From NCBI GenBank assembly GCA_030390025.1, contig CM059432.1, positions 53,074,001 to 53,138,000 of the forward strand: a DNA stretch of 64,000 nt, given 5' to 3'. The notes under the pieces were generated by a model that had not been told where the DNA came from, ran no database searches, and saw only the letters and a list, made by a program, of their open reading frames with translations. Of the stretch, positions 11,558 through 22,657 are shown piece by piece (position 1 is the first letter of the stretch; every line of letters starts with the position of its first letter). A program made the translations under genes and the position numbers. This DNA is from Squalus acanthias (Eukaryota).

Positions 11558-14419
11558 TCAGTACCCTGTACCTGCCTTCTCCCCATATCCCTTGATACCT
11601 TTAGCTTTAAGAAATATATCTAACTCATTCTTGAATATATTTAATGACTTGGCCTCAACTACCTTCTGTGGTAGAGAATTCCACAGGTTCACCACTCTCT
11701 GGGTGAAGAAATTCTTCCTAATTTCTGTCCTAAATGGCTTACCCGTTATCCTTAGATTATGACCCCTGGTTCTGGACTCTCCGACCATCAGGAACATTCT
11801 TCCTGCATCTAGTTTGTCCAGACCTGTCAGAATTTTATATGTTTCGAAGAGATCCCCTCTCATTCTTCTATACTCCAGTGAGTATAAGCCCAATTGACCC
11901 AATCTCTCCTCATATGTCATTCCTGCCATCCCAGGTATCAGCCTTGTGAATCTTCGCTGAACTCCTTCCATGGCAAGAACCTCCTTCCTCAGATAAGGCG
12001 ACCAAAACTGCACACAGTACTCAAGGTGTGGTCTCACCAAGGCCCTGTACAACTGCAGCAGGACATCCCTGTTCCTATACGCAAACCCTTTCGCTATGAA
12101 GGCCAACATACCATTTGCCTTCTTCACCGCCTGCTGCACCTGCATGCTTACTTTCAGCGACTGGTGCACAAGGACACCCAGGTCTCGTTGCACTTCCCCT
12201 TCTCCCAATCTATTGCCATTCAGATAATAGTCTGCCTTTCTGTTTTTGACACCAAAGTGGATAACCTTGCACTTATCCACGTTATATTGCATCTGCCACG
12301 CTTCTGCCCACTCACCCAACCTGTCCAAATCATCCTGGAGTTTCTCGGTATCCTCCTCGCAGCACACACTCCCACCCAGCTTTGTGTCATCTGCAAACTT
12401 GGAGATATTACATTTAGTTCCCTTATCTAGATCATTAATGTATATTGTGAATAGCTGGGGTCCAAGGACCGATCCCTGCGGTACCCCACTAGTCACTGCT
12501 TGCCACTCGGAAAAAGACCCATTAATTCCTACTCTCTGCTTTCTGTCCGCCAACCAGTTCTCTATCCAAGTCAATACCTTGCCCCCAATCCCATGTGCCT
12601 TAACTTTACACGCTAATCTCTTATGCGGGACCTTATCGAAAGCCTTTTGAAAGTCCAAATACACCACATCTACTGGTTCTCCCTTATCTATTTTCTCAGT
12701 TACATCCTCAAAAAATTCCAGTAGATTAGTCAAGCACGATTTACATTTTGTAAATCCATGTTGACTTTGTCCAATCCTGTCACTGTTTTTCAAGTGCTCA
12801 GCTATTACATCCTTTATAATGGACTCTAGCATTTTCCCCAATACCGATGTCAGGCTTACCAGTCTGTAATTCCCCGCTTTCTCTCTACCACCCTCTTTGA
12901 ATAGTGGGGTAACATTAGCTACCCTCCAATCCATGGCTACAGTTCCAGATTCCATCGAATGTTGGAAGATGATCAGCAATGCATCTACTATTTCTAGGGC
13001 CACTTCCTTAAGTACCCTAGGATGTAGATTATCAGGCCCTGGGGATTTATCGGCCTTCAATCCCGTCAATTTCCCTAACACCATTTCCCTGCAAATACTG
13101 ATTTCTTTCAGTTCCTCCCTTTCATCAGACCGTATGTTCTCCAACATCTCTGGGAGGTTATTTGTGTCCTCCTTTGTGAAGACAGAACCAAAATATGCAT
13201 TTAATTGGTCTGCCATTTCTGTGTTCCCCATTATAACTTCCCCCGCTTCTCACTGCAATGGACCTACACTTGATTTCACTAATCTTTTTCTCTTCACATA
13301 TCTATAAAAGCTCTTACAGTCAGTTTTTATGTTCCCAGCAAGCTTACTTTCATATTCTATTTTCCCCTTCTTAATTAATCCCTTTGTCCTTCTTTGTTGA
13401 ATCCTAAACTGCTCCCAATCCTCAGGGCTACCGCTTTTTCTGGCCAATTTATATGCCCTCTCCTTGGATCTTATGCTATCCCTAATTTCCCTTGTTAACC
13501 ACGGTTGAGTCACCCTCTTTGTTTTATTCTTATGCCACACTGGGATGAACAAATTCTGTAGTTCATCCATGCAGTCTTTGAATGTTTGCCATTGCCTATC
13601 CACCGTCAACCCCTTGAGTGACATTCCCCAATCAATCCTACCCAATTCGCGCCTCATACCATCGTAGTTTCCTTTATTTAAATTCAGGACCCTAGTCTCT
13701 GATTCAACTACTTCACTCTCCATCCTAATGAAGAATTCTATCATATTATGATCACTCTGACCCAAGGGGCCTCATACAACAAGATTGCTAATTAATCCTT
13801 TCTCGTTACATAATACCCAGTCTAAGATGGCCTGATCTCTGGTTGGTTCCTCAACATATTGTTCCAGAAAACCATCTCGTAAACATTCTAGGAATTCCTC
13901 CTCCACAGTATTTTTACTAATTTGGTTAGCCCAATCTATATGTAAATTAAAGTCACCCATGATGACTGCTGTGCCCTTACTGCATGCTTCTCTAATTTCC
14001 CTTTTAATGCCGTCCCCAACCTCCGTATTACTGTTTGGAGGTCTCTATACCACTCCCACTAACGTTTTCTGCCCCTTGTTATTTCTCAGTTCTACCCATA
14101 CAGATTCCGCATCATCAGAGCTAATATCCTTCCTTTCAATTGTGTTAATCCCCTCTTTAACCAGCAATGCTACCCCACCTCCCTTTCTTTTTTGCCTATC
14201 TTTCCTAAATATTGAATAACCCTGGATGTTGAGTTCCCAGCCTTGGCCACCCTGGAGCCATGTTTCTGTAATCCCAATCAAATCATATTCATTTACCTCT
14301 ATTTGCGCAGCTAATTCATCCACCTTGTTCCGAATGCACCTTGCATTAAGACACAAAGCCTTCAGGCTTGTTTTTTTAACGCTCTCAGACCTATATGAAT
14401 TATTATTTACTGTGACCAT
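11558..14419 (-). pseudogene. CR1 ORF2 (APE endonuclease plus RT) with three in-frame stops and no frameshift
   Basis: ORFs 14045..14419, 13772..13960, 13250..13765 and 11558..13231 share a frame. Motifs IGITETW, GDFN, SDHN, FADD. Confidence 0.93.
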
Positions 14420-14541
14420 GTTTGATATAAACCATTGAGTTCTTTGCCTTCTACTTTTGTTTTTCTCCTTCCTGTCTTTAGCTTTTATCCTTGTTTCCCT
14501 TTCCTCTGTCTCCCTGCTCAGGTTCCCAACCCCCTGCCACT

Positions 14542-15492
14542 TTAGTTTAAACCCTCCCCAACAGCACTAGCAAACACTCCCCCTAGGACATCGGTCCCGG
14601 CCCTGCCCAGGTGCAGACCGTCCCGTTTGTACTGGTCCCACCTCCCCCAGAACCGGTTCCAATGTCCAAGGAATTTGAATCCCTCCCCCTTGAACCATTC
14701 CTCTAGCCACATATTCATTTGAAATATCCTCCTATTTCTGCTCTGACTAGCACGTGGCACTGGTAGCAATCCTGAGATTACTACCTTTGAGGTCCTCTTT
14801 TTTAATTTACCTCCTAACTCCCTATATTCTGCTTTTAGGACCTCATCCCATTTTTTACCTATATCGTTGATGCCTATGTGCACCACGACAACTGGCTGTT
14901 CGCCCTCCCCCTCCAAAATGTTCTGTAGCCGCTCCGAGACGTCCTTGACCCTTGCACCAGGGAGGCAACACACCATCCTGGAGTCTCGTTTGCGGCCGCA
15001 GAAACGCCTATCTATTCCCCTTACAATTGAATCCCCTATCACTATAGCTCTTCCACACTTTTTCCTCCCAGCCTGTGCAGCAGAGCCACCCATGGTGCCA
15101 GGACGTTGGCTGCTGCCACCTTCCCCTGATAAGTCATCCCCCCCAACAGCATCCAAAGTGGTATATCTGTTTGAGAGGGGGATGGCTACAGGGGACCCCT
15201 GCACTACCTGCCTGCACCTCTTACTCTGCCTGGTGGTCACCCATTCACTTCCTGCCTGTACACCCTTTACCTGCGGTGTGACCAACTCGCTAAACGTGTT
15301 ATCCACGACGTTCTCAGCGTCGCGAATGCTCCAATATGCATCCATCCGCAGCTTCAGCGCCGCAATGCGGTCCGTCAGTAGCTGCAGCTGGATACATTTC
15401 CCACACACATGGTCATCAGGGATACAGGAAGCGTCCCTGATTTCCCACATATAGCAGGAGGAGCATATCACGGGGCGGAGCTCTCCTGCCAT
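14542..15492 (-). CDS. CR1 ORF1p (N-terminal CxxC zinc-finger/coiled-coil, SGNH/GDSL esterase-like domain), intact 316 aa
   Basis: CSSC...CGKC, VIGDSIVRG, HIGIND, DGLHL. Lies upstream of ORF2. Confidence 0.9.
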   Translation of the reverse strand: MAGELRPVICSSCYMWEIRDASCIPDDHVCGKCIQLQLLTDRIAALKLRMDAYWSIRDAENVVDNTFSELVTPQVKGVQAGSEWVTTRQSKRCRQVVQGSPVAIPLSNRYTTLDAVGGDDLSGEGGSSQRPGTMGGSAAQAGRKKCGRAIVIGDSIVRGIDRRFCGRKRDSRMVCCLPGARVKDVSERLQNILEGEGEQPVVVVHIGINDIGKKWDEVLKAEYRELGGKLKKRTSKVVISGLLPVPRASQSRNRRIFQMNMWLEEWFKGEGFKFLGHWNRFWGRWDQYKRDGLHLGRAGTDVLGGVFASAVGEGLN

Positions 15493-15727
15493 GACTTACC
15501 CTTTAATTAATTAATTAAAATTAAACTAATTGAATCCCACCAATTTCACTTCAATTAAATGATATACTCAAGGGCCCTTGCTTAACAGCAGTCCCCGCTA
15601 CACCACAGAGACTCTAGAAACTATAAACCACAGAATTTAAGTATGGAAAAAAGGAGAAAAAGAGAAATACTCAGCAACCAATCACTTACCTGCTTTCTGG
15701 TGACGTCACACTTTGATTATTTTTTTT

Positions 15728-15848
15728 TAAGCATGTAGGTGCAGCAGGCAGTGAAGAATGCAAATGGTATGTTGGCCTTCATAGCGAAAGGGTTTGAGTA
15801 TAGGAACAGGGATGTCCTGCTGCAGTTGTACAGGGCCTTGGTGAGACC
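15728..15848 (+). mobile_element. Inverted 121-bp CR1 ORF2 fragment fused to the 5' end of the adjacent CR1
   Basis: Reverse complement of 12030-12150 with about 4 mismatches. Confidence 0.9.
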
Positions 15849-18012
15849 TGGTAGCGCAGGTGCCAACTCCCCGGAGGGCGAGGTCACACATGAGTTCTGC
15901 TGCACAGGACTCAGATGACGACATCATTGGGGCGGCCTTCAGAAGAATTGTGATGGGCATGCACACAGAAATGCTAAGTGCAATGGCAGGCCTGCCAGAG
16001 AGCCTCTTGTCACTGTCAAGGAGAATGGAGGAGTCTGGCTCCAAACCTGCACAGGGCTTTGCGCAGAGCTTGAAGCCCATGATTTCCAGGATGGAAGTGA
16101 TGGGCAACTCTATTGGAGCAGTTGTGGACCCAACCATGATGCTGGGTATGATGGGCAATATCTCAGCTTCCATTGCAGCACAAGCAGAAGCCACCCAACA
16201 TCTGAGTGCTGCAGTGGAAGCTCAGACTTACCTGCAAGTTGGATGTATCCCTTTAAATAGCACTGGTGTGCGGTCCCTCGTGCAGCTGAACGCACATTCA
16301 GCTGTGCATGTTCAGGAGAGGGCCTTGACTGGAATGGCGACGTCCAAAATGGCAGGTCGTGCATCAAATCAGCGTTACATGTTGACTGACATCACAATCT
16401 GCCTACTCTGCCAGCACACACACGTCCCGCCTGCGCTATCACCCTCACCAAGATGGCGACCAGCGTGGGCTGCGCCGGAAGTGGGTGGAGCCGAGGCGGA
16501 CACTGCCATTTTTTTCTCCAAGCCTGCCTTAACTGCCGGTGCTAAGGTGCCGAATTTTGCGCTGTAAATGTAACCATTTTATACTGTAATGCTGATGTCC
16601 TGTTTCAGAAGTATGATGACATTATTAGATGTAAATTGCACACCTTCATTTTAATTACTTTCTCATTAACAGATGTTGAAGCCCTCCAAATAATTACAGA
16701 TATTACATCAATGCAACATAGCCATTTCCCAAAAATGCATAATTATATTTTACTCAGAGACACATTTAGTGCAGCTCGCACCTCTTTAAATTTTGAATTT
16801 GATGCATTCTTATTTTTTATTTTATTTATTAGTCTTGAAAGTGAAATTATGTTCTTTCACTGTTGCCAGGAATGACTAATTATATTTTCAATGGAAATTA
16901 TTTTTTGCCTTTTAAAAACCATAAAGAAACTAACTAGAATGCAGACAGTCAGAAGCTTTTTTGTAAAAAAGCAAAGTGAGAATTGAAAGAGTGGGAGGAA
17001 AATGAAAAAAAAATCAGAAATGTCACAAGTGTCGGTGATGAAATCCTTATTCTCTCTCTCTTAATGAAAATCCCTCCATCAAAACTACTCAAGCTGAAGA
17101 CTCATTGTCTGAAATCTCAAGGGCATGGATTGGCAATGATTTCTGACTATGTATAAAAACCTTAGAGAGGGAATGATTGAAATTAATTTTCTGCCTTTTA
17201 ATGAAAAAATGATAAGCGATGATTGATCAATTGTTAGTTTAACCTGTGCTTTCGTGCAAAGGTACTGGAAAGAAATCGCACCTAATGGTGAGTGCTTGAT
17301 TGATTGCACCTTGCAGCATTATTAGACCCAGCTGGGATGGAGTATATAATCCAAGCGCCATGATTTCTCTTAGAAGTGTGGGTGAAGGAAGAGCTTTATG
17401 TTCTACCCTGAAATGCTAATCAAATGTTTTATTCAGAAAATAATAATTATAAGTACCTGTATAAAATTTAGCACAAGAAGATAACTTTGTTGGAAGGATT
17501 AATGATGGACCAAATAAATTATAGTATCATGGCCTTTGACACCACTGATGGAATAAAGTTCAAATTGTTAATGATCTTTGAAGTCATATAATAATCGAAG
17601 TATTGGACACAATCAAGGAGACCAAGAGTAAAGGTTTCACCACCTGCACTAATGGCTTTTCTGCCCCTTTTTTCTTTTCATAATCTTCATTATTCTTTTA
17701 TTCTCACTTTGTTTAAAATTTAGAAAGGTACCTAGATGTATCTAAGATATCCTGAGAAGGAGTTAATATCAAAATCTAACGAGTCTTTTTATCATTTGAG
17801 TATACGCTCGGAGGATATGACATCATCAGACAAGTTAGATAGAAACAATTGATGGAGTTTTTCACTTCAGCTGTTCACCCTCCAATTACATAGAGTAGAA
17901 GATTTGTAGTTTTTAATTACAAAAAAGAAATCTCTCAATCATACATTTTCAGAATGACCTTCAACACCTGCTGTGATCAAATATTTTTGCTATGTTTAAT
18001 TTCTTGTTGCAG

Positions 18013-18091
18013 CCTTTCGCTTCTCACAGAGCTCAGATGTTAACCAGTCTGTCCACTATAGTGCAGCCGTTATTAATGGCACAACTCAATG
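18013..18091 (+). other. Candidate 79-nt host exon (unverified)
   Basis: Strong acceptor tttaatttcttgttgcag|, open frame FRFSQSSDVNQSVHYSAAVINGTTQ, weak donor g|gtacca. Confidence 0.2.
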
Positions 18092-18559
18092 GTACCATGT
18101 TTGCTTTTGATGTCAGTGTATTTCAGTACAAAGTAAATTCCCCCAAATTCACTCCTGTAGCTGTGGGTATTACAGCTATTTTCGGTGTTTAATCACAGAT
18201 GTGCATGTGTGGGTGTGTTCATTTTCTTGAGAAGTATCATCCCAGCTGGAAGGCTGTGGCCTGGCAATGGAGATCCCTCTCTATTTTGTTCAGGCGCCAA
18301 CGTCATTTTATTGGCTGTGTAAAGCCACATGGAAGCTACCCGTTTCTCAAAGGAACATAAGAAAACATAAAATGAGAAAAGACCATTTGCTCATTTAGGC
18401 TGCTCCTCCCACAAACCGTGCACAATCTATCGTATCGGGGAATCGACCTCGCCCATTAGTTTCCCCAGAGAATGGTCTGCGATGTTCTACGATAACCATT
18501 GTTATTATACTTCTTTATTCTTGTACTTTATTTAAAAATTCCAAATGGTATTGGCCTTT

Positions 18560-18695
18560 TTTATAGTTTATCTACCTGCACTTGTACTGTTAGGAAATTC
18601 TGCATTTGAACTTCTAGGATTTCATTCCTAAATGATCTAGCTTTAATTTTAACATTGTGCCCCCTTGTTCTGGATTCCCTCACTAGAGAGAATAG
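18560..18695 (-). mobile_element. Old CR1 3' fragment
   Basis: Translates as LFSLVRESRTRGHNVKIKARSFRNEI. Confidence 0.65.
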
Positions 18696-19224
18696 GTGGA
18701 GGTGGCTTCCGTGCGGGAGGTCGGATGGGGGGTGGGGTGTTGGGGTGGGGTGGAATTGCATGGGCAAAACCCGAAAGTCAAATCAATGCATCGGATTTTC
18801 CGATTTCAGCTTGATTGAGGCAATAAATTTTGACTTCCAGGTTTCGCATCTCCAAGCTGTGCAGCGGGCGTGATGTGCACCCACATGACACGATCACAAC
18901 TCTATTTAAAGGGACAATGTAGAATGGGATTTGGAGGAGCCAGGAGGTGTTTAGGATGGATGCACAGAGAGCTCAGGCAGCACCCAGATTTAATGATGCA
19001 TCCCTGGAATTACTGCTAGGTGCAGTCAGGAGCACGAGGGCCATACTTTTCCCCAGCAATGGGAGGAAGAAACCTGCGACACGCACCAAGAAGGTGTGGT
19101 TGGAGGTAACTGAGGAGGTGAGCACCAGGAGCATTGTGCCCAGGTCTTGGATGCAGTGCATGAAGTAATTTAATGACCTAACTGGGCCAGGAAAAGTGAG
19201 TACACTTTCTGCTTCACCTACATC

Positions 19225-20476
19225 GTGTTTGACTAACTTGATTGAGTTCTTTGATGAAGTAATGAAGAGGGTGGTGAGGGTAGTGCAGTTGATGTTGTGT
19301 ATACTGACTTTCAAAAGACGTTTGATAAAGTACCACAAAATAGACTTTTTAGCAAAATTGAAGCCCATGGGATTAAAGGGGCAGTGACTGCATGGATTTA
19401 AAATTGGCCAAGGGACAGAAAGCAGAGAGTAGTGGTGAACGGTTATTTTTCAAACTGGAAGGAAGTATGCAGTGGTGTCCCTCAGGGGTTGGTGTTGGGA
19501 CCACTACTCTTTTTGATATATATTAATGACCTGGACTTGGGTATACAGGGCATAATTTCTAAGTTTGCAGATGACACGAAACTTGGAAATGCAGTAAATA
19601 GTGAGGAGGATAATAACAGACTTCAGGAGGACATAGACAGACTGGTGAAATGGGTAGACACATGGCAGATGACTTTTAATGCAGAGAAGTGTGAAGTGAT
19701 TCATTTTGGTAGGAAGACTGAGGAGAGGCAATATGAACTAAATGGTACAATTTTAAAGTGGGCGCAGGAACGGAGACCTGGAGATGTATGTACACAAATC
19801 TTTGAAGGTGGCAGGACAAGTTTAGAAGGTTGTAAAAAGGCATTTGGGATCCTTGGCTTTATTAATAGAGGCATAGAGTACAAAAGCAAGGAAGTTATGC
19901 TAAACATTTATAAAACACTGGCTAGGCCTCAGCTGGCATATTGTGGCCAATTCTGGGCAACACACTATGGGAAGGATGTCAAACCTTCGAGAGGGTGAAG
20001 AAGAGATTTACTAGAATGGTAGCAGGGTGAAAGACTTCAGTTACATGGAGAGACTAGAAAAACTGGGGTTGTTCTCCTTAGAGCAGAGAAGGTTAAGGGG
20101 AGATTTGATAGAGGTGTTCAAATTTTGAATAGTTTTGATGGAGTAAATGAGTTGAAATTGTTTCCAGTGGTGGAAGAGTCGGTAACCAGAGGACACAGAT
20201 TTAAGGTAATTGAGAAAAGAACCAGAGGTGACATGAGGAAAATTGTTTTTATGCAGTGAGTTGTTATGATCTGGAATGCACTGCTTGAAAGTGTGTTAGA
20301 AGCAGGTTCAATAATAACTTACAAAAGGGAATTGAATAAATACTCCAAAAAGAAATACTTGCTGGTCTATTTGGAAAGAGCAGGAGAGTGGGATTAATTG
20401 GATAGCTCTTTCAAAGAGCCGCCACAGGCATAATGGGCCAAATGACCTCCCTTTGTGCTGTATCATTCAATGATTT
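19225..20476 (+). mobile_element. 5'-truncated CR1 in Myb intron 1 of Harbinger B
   Basis: RT motifs (GVPQG, FADD). TSD tacatc at 19219-19224 and 20477-20482. Confidence 0.9.
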
Positions 20477-21737
20477 TACATCCTGTGGTTTAAGCCCTGC
20501 CCTTTCACTCTGTCGTGCCAAACGTTCGCCATCACATCACTCCTCACACCCACTCAAATTTCAGCAGCACCCAGCCTTCACTTTCTATGCACTTCATCAC
20601 TTCCCCATTTATCCATCCACCATTGCCACTCACCCTAATTCTTATGCAATGTGATGCATCTGTCTCATAGTCACCCTCACCGAATGCACTGCATCCATCA
20701 GGTGAATACCTCACCTTCACTCACAGGCCTGTTTCTTCGTCCCTTATAGGAGAAGAGAGCACAAAACGCGAAGGAGAGAGAAAGGACTGGAAGTGGCCCA
20801 CCACAAATAGTCCAGCTCACTGATGCAAAGGAGGATGTCATGGAGATAAGTGGCACATCTGCGTCTCTCTCAGTTGGAGATGGAGAGACAGGGAGCTCGC
20901 AGATAGCTGGTGACAGAATTACAAATATCTCTGACACATATGCTGATTTTATTTCACGAACGACTGAACTATGAGAAGACTGAGTATGCTGATTGTCAAG
21001 ATCGTGACTTTGCCACAACTAATTTATATTTTTTCTTTTGTCTTCCAGGGCCTTCACGCGTACAGCAAGTGTCGCTGGACAGCAGACAAATGTGAGGCAG
21101 TCTAAGATGGGCTTGGAGTGCATGTGCATATATGCACGGAGCATGGTAAATAAGGTTGTTGAGCTGCAGGCAGTAGTCGTCACATGGGACTATGATATAA
21201 TGGTAATAACAGAGACCTGGATCAAAGAAGGGGAGAATTGGGAACTTAATATTCCTGGCTACAAGGTGTTCAGGAAAGATAGGGAAGGAAAAAGAAGAGT
21301 TTGGGGTGGCAGTATTGATCAAAGAAGCCATTATAGCACTGGAGAGGGACGATGTAGTTGGGGTCAAAGACAGAATCTATTTGGTTACAATTATGGAACA
21401 ATAGAGGAGCTATTACACTGCTGGGTGTATACTATAGGCCACTAAACAGTGTTAGGTGGTAGAGGAGCAAATTTGCAGTCAAATTATAGAAAGATGCAAG
21501 AACTACAGAGTAGTGATAATGGGGGACTTCAATTATTCTAATATAGATTGAGATAGTAACAGTGTAAAGGGCAGAGAGGGGGAGGAATTCCTGAAATGTG
21601 TACAAGAGAACTTTCTTGATCAGTGTGTTCCCAGCTCAACAAGGAAGGAAGCAGTGCTGGATCTAATTCTGGGGAATGAAGTGAGGTAAGTGCAGCATGT
21701 TTCAGTGGGGGAGCATTTGGGAAACAGTGATCATAAT

Positions 21738-22424
21738 GGCCCGTATTTTCCGATCGCAGGCCTCCCGCGGGCGGAGGCCTGCGATCTGGAAAAATCTACG
21801 CCCTTACCTGAGGGCTCCCGGGACGCACACGCTTCCGATCCTGGGCCTCTCCAATCTTGAAGTGTGCAGGGCCCACGTATCCCAGGGGCGCATGTAGTTC
21901 GCAGCGTCCCTGGGATCACGTGGACCATGGGAAGCCAATCACAGAAGGGAATCTCCCTTCACACACTTGACAGGAAGACCTGTCAAATATATGAATAGAG
22001 ATCACCCCAAAAACATAGTAAAACTTTAAATCAATTAAAAAAAAAAATCACATTTTTAAAATGACTTGAAATTACAATAAATTAAGTATTTTAAACAAAA
22101 AATTAACTTTTTGAAAAAAATAATTAAAGTTTTTACGGGGCTAAAAATAAACTTACCTTTTTTTAAAGTATTTTTAAATGATAAATCAGTGAAAAAATTT
22201 TTTTTTAAAAACTTTTTTGAACTCTTATCCTGGTAAAAGCAGGCCTTACCAGGCTTTTACCAGGCGTAAGAATTGTAAGGGTTTTCTGCGGGCGGAGGGT
22301 CTCCAAAAAGCGGAACTATCCGCCCGCAGAGGCCCTTCTCCAGGGCAGCCGGAGGATCTGTCAAGACCATTCTTGACAGACCAGAAATGCCGGTTTTCAG
22401 CGCAGGGATCTGAATATCTGGGAC
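21738..22424. mobile_element. Harbinger-type MITE with AT-rich core
   Basis: Imperfect TIRs ggcccgtattttc / gaatatctgggac. 3-bp TSD AAT (21735-37, 22425-27). Removal restores CR1 SDHNIIRFRIVM. Confidence 0.88.
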
Positions 22425-22657
22425 AATATCATCAGGTTTAGAATAGTTATGGAAAAGGACCAATCAAGCATAAAATTATTAACTGGAGGAGGGCTAACTT
22501 CAGTGAGTTGAAAAGGGATCTGGCCCAGGTGGATTGGAATCAAAAATTAAACAAAGAGGTCTTCAAAGCGGAGATAGTTCGGGTACAGAATAGACACATT
22601 CTCAAGAGGGGGAAAGGCAGGGCATCCAAAGCTAGAGCTCCCTGGATGAGATATAAA

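Larger units (their letters stand above)
11456..15727 (-). mobile_element. Near full-length young CR1 LINE
   Basis: Tail of (ttctatgt) repeats at 11456-11480. ORF2 in a single frame (14419 to 11558), intact ORF1, 5' UTR to ~15727. Confidence 0.96.
11388..16564 (+). mobile_element. Deleted Harbinger (family of 47057-50751): Myb exon 3 fragment plus terminus, split by a CR1
   Basis: 11388-11455 and 15849-16228 rejoin to match the reverse complement of ~49100-49555. 16229-16415 matches the reverse complement of ~47080-47235. Ends ccgaattttgcgc. Confidence 0.8.
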
